DNA from: Fistulifera solaris
Lineage: Eukaryota
NCBI GenBank assembly: GCA_030295235.1
Contig: AP026162.1
Location: forward strand, 2,046,001 to 2,110,000
Reading direction: 5' to 3'
DNA: 64,000 nt
The position numbers and the translations under genes were made by a program. Shown in pieces: positions 1 to 11,778 of this stretch (its first letter is position 1; each line of letters starts with the position of its first letter). Below the pieces are notes generated by a model, which was not told the DNA's origin, made no database searches, and saw nothing but the letters and a program-made list of their open reading frames with translations.

Positions 1-50
1 CAGTTAGATACAAAAACAAACTTTTATTAATACCAAGGAACATAGCACAC

Positions 51-121
51 GCACCCTTGGTGTAGTGGTAACATAATTGCCTTCCAAGCAATTGCCCTGG
101 GTTCGATTCCCGGAGGGTGCA
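51..121 (+). tRNA. tRNA-Gly (anticodon TCC)
   Basis: Cloverleaf: acceptor GCACCCT/AGGGTGC, anticodon stem ATTGC/GCAAT with loop CTTCCAA, T-loop TTCGATT; followed by a T5 Pol III terminator. Confidence 0.95.
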
Positions 122-454
122 TTTTTGCCTCATGATGAGGAGATTTTATTGATGGAATTAAAGCGCCATGGTCGAATTTTTGTGCCTCGAAAAATTTGTA
201 CACAAAAACCTATAGTACTTTGGTCTGCACTTCTTCCGTACGACATGAGGTACCGGTGCGACATAGACGGGTATCGTCTCGCGTCGTACGTCTTCACGAA
301 CGATCTCTTTTGTAGCGCCTACGGCGAGGCAGAATTTAACGCCTTTTCTCATCAACATCAACATCAACGCAAACGCCCATCTACTGGTAGAACAACGCAA
401 CCAAGGGCAATCTCGTCATCACTATTAATCGCCTCAATCACACAATAGAATCAG

Positions 455-1441
455 ATGAGTCTCCCTATTCCTAGCCTCGGCTCTGGCACAGCCAACATCG
501 ACCCCAAAGAACAAGAAGCCATTGACAATATTTTGATTGCGCTGGCCAGTCGCAGTAACGGCGATCTTCGCAAACTGTTGCATTCATTTTTCAGCTTCCT
601 TCATCGTCGAACGGATTTTTACATTGTACCGCACGAAGACGATGTGCACACTAAGATGGGATTTCGAGAAGGTGATGCCGAGAAGGTCCTGCTTGCCGCA
701 TTTCGTCAGTTTCCTCTCCGAAAGATGCCTCGTCAAGCCGATATCGTGGCAGCCAAGAAAACACAAGCACCAAAGAATACTACAACCAGCGGGCCACCTT
801 CGAACGAAACTCCTGTTAAAGAATCGAAACTCAACCAGCCGCGAAAATCAGAGGACGACAACCAAATACGGTTGACGGAGAAAGGTCTCCAGATACCCGT
901 GGGGAACGGCGGAGCGACAGAGAAATACAAGTGGACACAAACCATTGATGAATGTACGGTAATGATTCAAGTTCCCGTAGGGATTCGAGGGAAGGAGTTG
1001 GATGTCAGCATTACTGCGTCGTCAATTGAAGTCAAACCGAAAAAGCCGTTGGAAGATGGGACGGATCTGTTTGTGAGAGGTCCTTTAACCGAGAGTATAG
1101 ATCCCAGCGAGTCGACCTGGAGTTTGGAAGGTGGTGTAGTGGTTCTAGTATTGTATAAAAAGCAAAAGAAATTTTGGGACACAATTCTAGTGGGCGACAG
1201 TAAGATTGACACATCCATGGTAGACTCGAGACGGAATATAAGCGAATACGATGAAACGACACAGGCACAGGTTCGCAAAATGATCTTTGATCAGAATCAG
1301 GTGCAGAAAGGATCGCCCACGTCGGACGAAATCGCTGGGATAAAACCTCCCATTCCTCCGTTACCTCCTGGAGTAGAATACATCAACCAGGAGAAACTGG
1401 ACGAAGCGTTCAAACTTGATGCACCGAATAAAGGTGATTGA
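455..1441 (+). CDS. NudC-family co-chaperone (N-terminal NudC domain + CS/p23 domain)
   Basis: FFSFLHRRTDFY; GNGG..EKYKWTQT; ESTWSLE; YDETTQAQVRKMIFDQNQ..KG.PTSDE. Confidence 0.92.
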   Translation: MSLPIPSLGSGTANIDPKEQEAIDNILIALASRSNGDLRKLLHSFFSFLHRRTDFYIVPHEDDVHTKMGFREGDAEKVLLAAFRQFPLRKMPRQADIVAAKKTQAPKNTTTSGPPSNETPVKESKLNQPRKSEDDNQIRLTEKGLQIPVGNGGATEKYKWTQTIDECTVMIQVPVGIRGKELDVSITASSIEVKPKKPLEDGTDLFVRGPLTESIDPSESTWSLEGGVVVLVLYKKQKKFWDTILVGDSKIDTSMVDSRRNISEYDETTQAQVRKMIFDQNQVQKGSPTSDEIAGIKPPIPPLPPGVEYINQEKLDEAFKLDAPNKGD

Positions 1442-2161
1442 TCAATATTTAGACGGGGAAGATCGTGGTTTGTATAATTAGTTCATCTAGAGTCATTTGC
1501 TGGTCAATGTGTAGCTTCAAAGTTAAGTTTTTGGTTTCGAAAATGAGCCGCTTCTAATTTGCAGAGTACGGCCAAAGTGAAAAATACGAGTTCATTGGTG
1601 CACCGGTGCAGAGATTTGATGCATTTTGGGTATATTTAGATGCTCTTGACGGAGGGATGTAGTTTTAGTCAACAGAAAGTCGTGAAACTCATCACACACT
1701 ACTACATACGACTCAACTTAATTCAGTCCCGGGATTCTTCGTCGAACTTTCTTCCCTTAAACTGATGCGCACTCGATGCCACTGCTTTCAATAAAAGCAT
1801 GGTCAAAGAACATTACATTGTCATGATGGACGCGGTGTTAACGCTGTTTATGAACCATCATCTTGGAGGTGTGAATAATGACGGCCATTGCCAGTCGTAA
1901 AACATTTGTTAGCGTTTTACTATCCTGTAAATTGTAGAATACTTTTTCTGAGACACCTCGGGTGGTTTTCAGTCCCGAACGTTGTTTTTAGTCTTTATAG
2001 ATTGCAACAACCATGACGCGGAAGCCCGTTACAATCGCTTGCACTCCGTAATGAAAAGCAACAACGCTATCATCCCGCACTGTTCACAAATTTACTATTA
2101 AAGTTTTTTCTTAGCAGAGTAGTAGCAGCGCGCGGCAAACGTGTTTGAATATTAGAGAACC

Positions 2162-5100
2162 ATGTCGAGTTTCACAAACGACGACGACGACGAGTTTACT
2201 AATTTTGCATCGAGCGACGTTCCGAACGTCTCTACGAAAGCGAACGACGAACAGATACCCAACAATCAGAATGAATTGTTTCATGCGGATCAACGCGTAG
2301 ATATTGATGTCGTCATGTCAGCTGTGGAAAATGATGGAGTATTGCCGGTCACAAACAATGATGAAATAAGCCAATCTTTGCCCAACGGATTTGACAACTT
2401 TGAAGAATTTGAGAGCATGCCAGCGACCTGTGATGAGCCACCAACTCAACCTGTCATTGAATCTGATAATCAATTGCATAATGGGATTATTTCGGGAACA
2501 GTAAAGGCTGAGGTGGCGTCCCCTACCGATGATTCTGGCCTGTTTGCTAGCTCCGATAACGTGCCGCTACCAACGACGATAGGTCAGAACACAACGCAAG
2601 AAAGCGATATATTTGATGTCTTTGGTGCGACAAATGAAGATACAGTGAAGTCATCGGGCAATGAACAGACGCAACAGTCTCTCCTTGACGATGGCCTTTT
2701 CGATCAGTCGGTGGACGTAAACCCGATGAAGGAAGACGTCGATGAATTTGGCGAATTTGCTCAGGTGAACGAGTTGAGTGATAAGCCAGCTGGAGCGTCT
2801 CTCGTTGAAGACGATCATTCTGCTTTGGGTATAGAACATGCTAATGACGAACCGGGTGACTTCAATACACTAGCAACATGTGAAGCAGTCGAAGCAGTAG
2901 AGTCGAAAGTCGAGTCGGATGACCCAGTGCTTGTTGACCAAGACAACTTTGACAAATCGGATTTAGTTGCCGCTGAGACAAGAATAACACGTGAGAGCAT
3001 TGCACAAGAAGACGACGTTCATGATTTTGGTGATATCGACTGTGTCATTGGAGGACCAGCAAAAGAGACTGACGGCGAATCGGCAGAACCAGCGCTGATA
3101 AATGACCACGACGTTGTCGACGAATCTAAAAAGACGTTGAACTCAGCACAAAGAGGCGATAGCGAGTTGAATAACGGTGACGAGGAAAGTGGGGTTATAG
3201 AGGAAAAGACCGACAGTGATTTTGTTCCTGACACTGATGATACTATTCATCTGCTACCGGAGAAACAGCACTCGAAGGAGGAGGAAAGCAACAACAAGGC
3301 GACAGACTCTGACGCGACCCGAGATGGTGTTACCGAAGACTCGGCCATTGAGTCCGATGACCTAGATCAAGTAAACGGCTACGCTTCTGCACAGCTGGTG
3401 CCTACTCAGAATCCGCAGCAAGAAGACGACGACAGCCATATATTTGGGAACTTTGATGGTGCTAGTGTACATGTTTTGCCAGACGCAGGGGCTAACCTGA
3501 CTGCATCAGTCCTCGCTGTCAATAGCAGTTACGACTTTGGTGGATTTGGTAGTTCCGAGAATGCTGCAGGGTTGGTAACGGAGCATACGCAAGGGGTCAA
3601 TGGGGATGCTTTTGGAGACTTTGATGAGGCGACTGGAGACGCACCGAAGGAGTCGGCTGGTGAACCGGCTAAAGTAGCGCTTGCAAGCGACTTTGAGGTT
3701 TCACAACAAGACAATAACGATGAATTCGGCGAGTTTGATGAGACAATAAGAAAAGTAGCGGAAACACCAGGTGGCGAGCAGACCGACCCAGCTTTTGTGG
3801 AAGATGATGAGGGTCTTTTATTAACAAGTACGCAAGACGCCTATGGGGATGATTACTTTGACGTGGCGGTCGGCGAAATGCCCCGAGAGACTAATGGTGA
3901 GTCGGCTGAACCAGCTCTTCTGGACGATGCTGACGTTCTTAAAAATGTTTCACAAGACGACAACGACGACGAATTTGGAGATTTTGACGGGGTCCTTGGA
4001 GCAATGCTGCATCAATCCAGTACTGAGCCTGCTGGACATGTAGATGGTGCTGAAATCTTTTCAATGACAAATCAAAATGTCACGCTAGCAAATAATATTG
4101 GCGATGAAATTGCGGACTCGGATTGGGCACACCGAGAAACAGAGAAAACCGCACAGGATGCACAAGAATCGCCTGTCGATGATGATGAGGATTTTGGCGA
4201 CTTTGGAGGCTTTGAAAATGCGGAGTTAGCAACAGTAAGTCAGAGTCAGATGAATGATGACGAAAGGAACAATGATGACCTCGATGAGGCGCGAGGTGAT
4301 ACTGCAGAAATATTAGCTGGGCAAGCGCCAGCCGACGACGATGATGATGACAACTTTGGCGAGTTTGGGAGCTTTGAAAATGCTGAGTTAACAACGGAAA
4401 ATTCAAAACCCAAGCAAGAGACGGATGATGAGTTTGATGAATTTGGTGACTTTGGGAGGCAAACGCTAGCGCGGAAGTTGATAAGGTTGGCGGAACCCAA
4501 GCAGAAGCGACAAACATGGCCTCGCAGACGAACCAAGAGGCTCTCGGAGTCGGAGCGTTTGCAGAGAGGGCGGAGTCAACGTTTCAGACTCTGTTTGGAC
4601 GATTCTCTCGCGAACACGAATTACCGCCAGAAATATCCGAGGAACCGAGCACTGACATCGTTCCAATCAGCTCGCTCTTGGTAAGTTTTGAGATCGTTAC
4701 GAAGCAATTAATCGCAGCCCACAACTCATCTTTCTTTTAGGAACAGGCTTTGAAAGACAAACCAAGTTTGTGTGCTCCGATTAGTTTGTTTGATGTGCTT
4801 CGCGGACCCCAAGATGCGAATAGCGAACCACCCTTCGCTTTTATCAATCCGAAATCCATGAATCAATCACCGCACCTAAGATATCAAAGCTGGATTGCAA
4901 AGTTAAAACCCACGAACAGTGCTTCCTCATCAAATATTCCATTCCTCCCTTGTGATCAAACTTTACAAGCAATTCAAGCTGAAGATAAACACGATAAACC
5001 AGGGGATCGCAAGGATGAAACGACTCGAAATACACCGATATCAGAAACCAAGCCTAAAGAGGCCTTTGTCAAGGAGCCGCCATCATCACTGAAAGAAACC

Positions 5101-5229
5101 ATTGTAGAACTTCCTCCACTGCCAGCCAAAGCCAGCGGTTCTCAATCCGAGCAAGTCGCCGAATTTCTCAAACAGATTCCCGACCTATCATACATGCTTT
5201 CATCCACACCTTCACCTCCTAGCTCCTAA
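2162..5229 (+). CDS. Large acidic disordered protein with repeated (D/E)FG(D/E)F motifs; aftiphilin/synergin-like AP-1 accessory candidate
   Basis: ORF 2162-4684 with many DEFGEF/DFGDF/DFGGF motifs; apparent frameshift near 4460; GTAAGT..TTTAG intron 4681-4740; last exon ends FLKQIPDLSYMLS. Confidence 0.6.
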
Positions 5230-5256
5230 ATTATAAAAAATTTATTATTATTGCTC

Positions 5257-6105
5257 TTAGATGCCTTCAAACACCCCGTATTCCTCATGAACATTGACGG
5301 CCCTGATTCTGGCTAGATCAAACTGAAAGTCTCCATTCTCGCCATCCATTAGCGCAAGGCCTACTGATTCTATACACACATTATCATCCAACTCTCGAAA
5401 AACTTCCCTTTCCCGTCCCCTCGATGTTAATGATAAATGAGAGAAAGGCAAGACGAATCTTTCAAACGGAAGGACGGACCCATAGTCGGACACATTCGGC
5501 TGGGACCGTGATTGGATCTGCCCTTGATAAATGTCGTTGGGAATGGAAGTAGAAACTTTCAGATTAAACGTATATCTCCGGCCGTCTGTTCGACAGGTAA
5601 CTTCCAGCGCGTTGTAAAGTCCTTGCAAATTGGCCCCGCTAAAGGGAAATTCGGGAGATCGAAGTGCCGCGAATCCGGAACGCTGTGCCATACTTTGCAA
5701 GCCAACGGTCGTATCCAACGTCCCTTGCCATCTTAGAAAAGGTACAAAATCGTCTTCCGCATTGACTGTTGCTGTGTGTAAAATAGTTTCATCTTTCAAG
5801 TCAGTCATATCTTCGCTTTCCGCATCATGTCGAACGACTTCTTCCGGTGTTCGCAACAAGATGGCCTGTGCTTTGGAAAAGCCCCCAATGACACGATCAT
5901 CCGATATTCTCCAGGCATCCGTATCATATTCACCGACCCGAGATGCATCTACCGCATCATCATGTCGCGAAAAATCAAAAAGAGTCAAGGGAGGACACGG
6001 ATAGCGATCCTTGGTCAACCAACTGGTGCGTAAGATACTTCGGCGGAATGCTAGATATCGTCGGGCCCATCCGCCGCCGCGAGAAGGGAAAATCCACGGT
6101 AACAT
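5257..6105 (-). CDS. Complex I intermediate-associated protein 30 (CIA30/NDUFAF1 family)
   Basis: WRISDDRVIGGFS, RSGFAALRS, RTDGRRYTFNL, GENGDFQFDLARIRAVN; Arg-rich mitochondrial-type N-terminus. Confidence 0.9.
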   Translation of the reverse strand: MLPWIFPSRGGGWARRYLAFRRSILRTSWLTKDRYPCPPLTLFDFSRHDDAVDASRVGEYDTDAWRISDDRVIGGFSKAQAILLRTPEEVVRHDAESEDMTDLKDETILHTATVNAEDDFVPFLRWQGTLDTTVGLQSMAQRSGFAALRSPEFPFSGANLQGLYNALEVTCRTDGRRYTFNLKVSTSIPNDIYQGQIQSRSQPNVSDYGSVLPFERFVLPFSHLSLTSRGREREVFRELDDNVCIESVGLALMDGENGDFQFDLARIRAVNVHEEYGVFEGI

Positions 6106-6464
6106 GCTTCTATTTGTGGTTGGAGTAGCTTTAAGTCGGAATACGAGGTTAGATTATGAAAAGGGTCCATTACGCTTTTACACCGGCTTTTTAGTCTAAT
6201 GATGGTGCGAACTTGCTTTGTCTTTAAGGTTCAGGGTTAAGACTACATCCGAATTCCGAATCATTGTGGCGAAGGCCTTTGTGAATCTGACCTCGAAATA
6301 CAGTAGTAATGAAAATGAGCACAAAGTTCTTTTTTATAAAAAAAATCAAACTAGGGTCTAGGAGTCATTACAAAACTTAGTTCTACAGGTTGTAATGGAT
6401 AAGAACAAGCACAAACAAATTTAACTCTTTATAATTAAAAGAGAACGTCTAACCTGGTGTCGCA

Positions 6465-6545
6465 GCATCAATGGCCGAGTGGTTATGGCGTTGGAATCAG
6501 GATCCAATCTCTTCGGAGTCGTGGGTTCGAATCCCACTTGATGTA
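6465..6545 (+). tRNA. tRNA-Leu (anticodon CAG), long variable arm
   Basis: Acceptor GCATCAA/TTGATGT + A73; anticodon stem TTGGA/TCCAA with loop ATCAGGA; variable arm CTC-TTCG-GAG; T arm GTGGG-TTCGAAT-CCCAC; TTTT follows. Confidence 0.9.
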
Positions 6546-7118
6546 TTTTGGAGAAATAAATGAAAACGGAGTTCTAGTTGAGGCGGCAACCTAGAGTGAT
6601 TGTCTTCTTTTGATCATTATTTAAAAGTGTCTATGTTACTGTGAAACTATACATTGTATTGTACCGGGTTGTTTTACAATAGATGTACGGTACGGCGGCC
6701 TAGGCGGCGGTGATCACATCATGAAGGAAGTAAACAAGAGTATTGATTGATAGAGAAGTGGCTAGACGGGTCTATGGTGCTGGATTTGGCGTTGCCCGTA
6801 ACATCAAAGCAGAGAGAAACATCTGTGAAAGAGGACATTTAGCTGAGCGTAAAGAGTTCTTAAGACTGATCAAATTATGCAATTTACTTATTGCAACTTA
6901 GATATTATGTAAAAAGACAATGACATAAGTGCTCTCTTTAGTTTGTGCGGACTTCGGAAGGTTTCTTGGCTGGATTGGCTACTTTTTCAGAGGGCTGCAG
7001 ATTATTTATGCTCGTCACAGATGTCGCAAGTGACGGAATATATTGTCTTCTATAATTGACAGGTCGCATGAAACATCTTTGCCTCACTGGAAGGAAATGG
7101 CTCAATACACTGTAAGAA

Positions 7119-7844
7119 TCAATCAGATGGCGCATCCGAACCAAACTCATATAGATAGTGTCGCACTCCACCATGCAAGCCGTCATCAATGGCAACAGGA
7201 TCCCAACCGTGAATACGAAACATGTAGGAAACGATGCGTATCTTCCTTCGTTTCGTTCCGCATTGTTCGATCCTTTGATCGACGAGGGAATCTAAAAAGT
7301 CAGCTTTCAAGCGCGCCAAGCCCTTGGGCAACAAGTACAGATAAATGGCCGTGGAATCCTCGCGAATAGTTAAATGGGAACACGCACTTAGGACTTGTTC
7401 GTCTTCTTTTTCACAAAGTGGTTCATTGTTGTCATAGAGTAATACATTTCCGTGTCGAATTTGTACGCGCTGTTGCACATCGTGTGGCAGTTTCGCTAAA
7501 GCAGCTCGACCCCGCTGTACAAAGATAGGATCCAATTCAATCCCCACACAACGTAATCCCTCGATTTGTGAGGCAGCTGTCAGGAGCAATCTGCCATCCC
7601 CGCAGCCGAGATCGAAAAGAACATCGTCGCTTGTCAATGAAAAGAGACGGAGGGCATGGTCTTGTGCGGACCGCGAAGAAGGGTTGAATGGAGCGATGCT
7701 GTAAGGTTAATCGGTGGGAGTGTTGCAATCGATCGTCTTCGAGTCGTCGTCGTCGCTCGACGTCATCTCGGTGCGTGGTCCGTTGCGTGGTTCATGAGGT
7801 AATGGCTCTCGAGTATCAACTGGACATGCTTCGTCATTACTCAT
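7119..7844 (-). CDS. Class I SAM-dependent methyltransferase (FAM173/ANTKMT-like); in-frame TAA at 7707-7709
   Basis: APFNPS...DVLFDLGCGDGRLL, VGIELDP, IYLYLLP, RIVSYMF. The upstream ATG (7844) is in the same frame but separated by one TAA. Confidence 0.75.
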
Positions 7845-7959
7845 TTTTTCGTTCTTCCTTGTTTCACAAAAATCGAGCGCCAAAACAATATTATTATTCA
7901 TGCTACCAGGTACAACATCATCAATAATGAGCGCAAATAACAAAAATGTTGTCTTTTGG

Positions 7960-8118
7960 TCTTTTACACGTTCCCAGAAAATGTGGGAGTGTGGTGTTTG
8001 CACGTGCCCAGATTATGTGGGCGAGTGGTGTTTTCAAATACCCAGAAAATCTGGGAGTTTGTTATTTTCAAGTACCCAGAAAATCTGGGAGTGCGGTGTT
8101 TTCACGTGCACAGAAAAT
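7960..8118. repeat. 34-bp tandem array (~4.5 copies) with palindromic core CCCAGAAAATCTGGG
   Basis: Cores start at 7973, 8007, 8041, 8075 and 8109 (last partial), exactly 34 bp apart. Confidence 0.9.
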
Positions 8119-8237
8119 AAGCTCGCCGCGTTTCAACAATAAACAATCATTCATTTCCTAAGCGTTGATGAACTATTTAATAAGAAGGTCTCCATTTCTT
8201 ATTTATTCGGGCAAAAATTCTTACCTGTGTAGACAAG

Positions 8238-9356
8238 ATGTCAACAACCACGTGTTTATCGGTTCTCCGATTCGCATCTCCCACCACCACGGAGGGCGAC
8301 GATCTCCCTTCTTCGTCAGCATTGCCCTTTCAACGACTTACGGATCGAATTCTTCAACACTTTTCCGTTTCGAATGAAACGACCGACACAGCATCGATGC
8401 ATGTCATTCAAATTTCGAATCGCTACTTTACGGCGCAAGTCGCTTTACTCTCCGAAGAATCCACCCAACAATCCACGCTGCACAAAGAGGACGGAATTGT
8501 TCTCGTGTGGGACGATGATCACGCGAATGCCGACTGGATACAGCTCTTGAATGCGGTACACGAGCAAATGGAAGCGGCCGGAGGAGGGGAATTGTTGCGA
8601 CTTTGTGTGGGTCTATCGACGACGACGACAACTCGATCCCAACGAACGCCCAAAGAAATCGAAGACGAATATTCGCAGCGCGTATTGTGGTGTTTGGATC
8701 GTGGTTACGAATACATTCCGGCGTGTGATTTGTCGGAGGAAGGCGTTTCTCGTGGACACGGAGAACGTGACAAGGAAGGATTTGCCCGGCTCGTGGAAGC
8801 CATTCAAGGGACGGTTTGGTCTTCGGCCGTCATGGCGACGAGTACGCAACAAAAATTGAAATCGACGTATCAAGAAACCATAGCAGTTGTTGAGCAGTCG
8901 GATCCGAAGAATGACAACGATGGCAGCGATGAGGAAAGAATGAATCAATATGTACCGCCAGATCCATCCATGCTTCTCGTGTCGACCAATAAGGAAGACG
9001 AAGAACGAGAAAAGAAAGCACAAGAGGCATTGATGAAAGATGTCAATAAAGAAACAACTAATCTATCAACATTGAGCGAAGTCCATGGCGAAAGTAGTCA
9101 AACGGCATTACGCGAGGAAGATCGGGTCAATGAGCGACTGTTCAATCAATTTGAAGGTGCGATACAAGAGGCATCTCGCATCCGTGACCTGTCGCGATCT
9201 GGACAGTTAACAGATGAGGAACGTCGACAACGAGCTGGAGATGCTGCAATGATGCTTGTCAATTTGTTGGATCAGATGGGATATGATGACGACGATGAGG
9301 ACGACGGAAACTCTTCCATTGAGGGCGAGGAAGAAAAAGAAGAGAAGGTAGACTGA
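8238..9356 (+). CDS. Alpha/gamma-adaptin-binding protein p34 (AAGAB/IRC6 family)
   Basis: ISNRYFTAQV, WCLDRGYEYI, EGFARLVEAIQGTVW, C-terminal LTDEERRQRA helix. Confidence 0.8.
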   Translation: MSTTTCLSVLRFASPTTTEGDDLPSSSALPFQRLTDRILQHFSVSNETTDTASMHVIQISNRYFTAQVALLSEESTQQSTLHKEDGIVLVWDDDHANADWIQLLNAVHEQMEAAGGGELLRLCVGLSTTTTTRSQRTPKEIEDEYSQRVLWCLDRGYEYIPACDLSEEGVSRGHGERDKEGFARLVEAIQGTVWSSAVMATSTQQKLKSTYQETIAVVEQSDPKNDNDGSDEERMNQYVPPDPSMLLVSTNKEDEEREKKAQEALMKDVNKETTNLSTLSEVHGESSQTALREEDRVNERLFNQFEGAIQEASRIRDLSRSGQLTDEERRQRAGDAAMMLVNLLDQMGYDDDDEDDGNSSIEGEEEKEEKVD

Positions 9357-9399
9357 ATTGCGGTTTTACGATAACTTAGAAGTTTGCCATCCGTGCTAC

Positions 9400-9715
9400 T
9401 TATGGATGAGTGTTGACGTAGTCGATCCAGTAGATCCAAATAAGGAAATAGGGCACCAAAATGTAAGGATTGCCGATAGGGTTCAAAAAATTCTGCCATT
9501 TGAAGGCAGACACTTTCTTTCAGGAACTTCCGGTTCTTGAGGTTTGTTCTTTTGAAAATGTGAAGCTGTGTAACGCTGCTGGGATGTGTTAAATCTCGAG
9601 AAATATCGATCTTTGTCGAGACAGCATAGAAGGAAGGAGTGATAAACGCGGATGCCTGCACGGCAAGTAAGAAAACTATGCACATCGCAATGGGTGCGAT
9701 GCTTTGACGGGCCAT
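9400..9715 (-). CDS. Small plastid-targeted protein with predicted C-terminal TM helix (frameshifted in this assembly)
   Basis: MARQSIAPIAMCIVFLLAVQASA-FITP is a signal peptide + ASAF motif; another frame reads KWQNFLNPIGNPYILVPYFLIWIYWIDYVNTHP* (stop 9400-9402). Confidence 0.55.
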
Positions 9716-10212
9716 GTTTGTATTGTCCAAGATTGTGAATTGCGATTCAATTTGAAGTTTTCCGATCGACAGATTTTGTCGTCTCTTACTCCGGAGTATT
9801 TTTTTTTTGCGGTTTGTCTTCGAGATGGTGTCTTTTTGTCGTCTGCATGCGTGCGCAAATTCTATGACGTCACTTCTGATGTGGCTAGAGTTCGATCCGG
9901 TCAATCTCATCGGCCTAGCTAAATCATACACGCTTATTAGTCTTCCTCGACTAGAAACGCTTGAGTAAAGAAACGGAACTGTAGGCGGAGCAAAACGGAA
10001 AAGATCATCCTTTTGTTTCTTTGCACGGAAGAGGTTTATTGTAATACAAAAACACGTTTGCCTAGTTGTTATGTCAAGAGAATCGAAATGCTCTCGTCTC
10101 TGAGATGAACTTCGTGTTAAATGTGATCATCTTTGCTAGTTGCCTACCCTGCAATTGTTTGCTACGCATCAATTGAAATCCTTGCACGTTCCAAAGTGAA
10201 CGAAATGACTTT

Positions 10213-10636
10213 TTAACGATAGCGGAAAGTAATACGACCGCGTGTGAGATCGTACGGACTCAGTTCTATCAACACTTTGTCTCCCACCAGAATCTTGACA
10301 AAATTCTTGCGAATTTTCCCGCTAATTGTAGCCAAGATGGGTTCTTGCGATTCGGGGGCCCCGTCAATGGCACACCGGAACATGGCATTCGGAAGGCCTT
10401 CGACCACCACAGCTTCGACTTCAATAACATCATCCTTCGTTTTTCGCACTCTCTCGGTTTTGTTTTTCCTTTCGTTTCCTTGTGCTCTCGCTTCTTTTTT
10501 TACCGTAAATTGCTGAAGACTGTCGGAGTGTGTCCGATGGAATGGAAGAAACATGGATGGAGGGAGGGGCCACAAGGAAACCCTCCACCATTCCCAGTAT
10601 AAGCGATATAAGAAGAACGATTCTTGTTGACAGCAT
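10213..10636 (-). CDS. infA: Nuclear-encoded plastid translation initiation factor IF-1
   Basis: [17 protein letters not shown]...[37 protein letters not shown]; signal peptide [20 protein letters not shown] lies in an adjacent frame (frameshift). Confidence 0.92.
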
Positions 10637-11778
10637 GTTGAATTAGAGGTATTGTCGTAGAAGCAAAGAAAGAAGGTACGGTACGGTATTTGAAATCACG
10701 CCGAGGAATGGTTTCATTTGGATGATGGACGAGCGACTTTCAGTCCAACGTTGTCAGCCACAAACGTCAACGCCACATCAAACAAACGAAAATAAAAAGC
10801 CGTGTCCCGTGTTGAGGTTACAGTCTATGTCAGTGTGCTGCTTTCCATTCTGTGAGTCACGAATCTGAAAGAGTGTCTAGTCTGTCCGTGCGTCCTCTGC
10901 GACATTTTGCAACCACAGTGCGACATAGTCAAACACTTGAGTCCCGTTCCGATTTTTTTACTACTGTTAAAGCTTAGATTTACTATATCGGTACTTTCAA
11001 GATGTAGCGTTTCGAAAACGTGCTTTTTGGTCAAAAATGCAAGGCCATAGCACAGGATTTTTGGCATGTTGCTTTTCACCCTCATTTTCGTGCCATTGAG
11101 CGATCTTTGAAGCATCAATTCATTATCCTTCTCGATTTTTCCTGCATTTCATAAAGTCTAAGCGATTAAGAATGCGTCGATGAAGGAAGCGCGTGAAAAT
11201 TCGTCTCAGTAAGGACTTTATTCCTTCGTAAGAGGATGGATTTGCCAAGTGACTTCAGTCGCCGCGGAGCGTGATTTTACCATCAGCTCGGCGGTAATTT
11301 GATTTCGATCGTAACGGGGCGTTAACAAGTAGGAATAACATTAGATATGAGGCTAGTTCCCCGCTCATAGTTCCAGGGTGATTTGCTTTGCATGAACTTT
11401 GCGTAGGGGTTGACAAGAGCGAGAAGACTTGTTTTTGGTAGGCGCACACGTGAAAGCCCACTCCGATCACTGCCAACGCCAAAGAAGATCATGATTATCG
11501 ATAGTTAGGATCATTCTTTCCGAGAGCATTACACAAAGTGTGATGATCACAGATTATCTGGGTCAAATGCTGATGCTTTGATGTCAATCTGAGGTGTCGT
11601 TGGTTCTCCAAGAAAGCGACTACGGAAGGAGACGTTGGTCACTAATCACGGCGTTCATCGTTTTAACTTTTAAAAGCGTTCAAGTTCCATAAATCTATGC
11701 TGATACGGGTATGTTTGTGAACGTTAAAGGCTTTTGAAGAGCTTAAGTTGCAATTACGGAAATGTCCGCCAAATGAAT

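Noticed and set aside
77..448. 123-aa ORF at the window start
   Set aside because: It overlaps tRNA-Gly and the NudC promoter, has a non-ATG start and shows no protein features.
6465..6545. CUG codon reassignment via a Ser-type tRNA(CAG)
   Set aside because: A73 and the variable arm are Leu-like, and CTG encodes a conserved Leu in Sar1 (LFLGLD).
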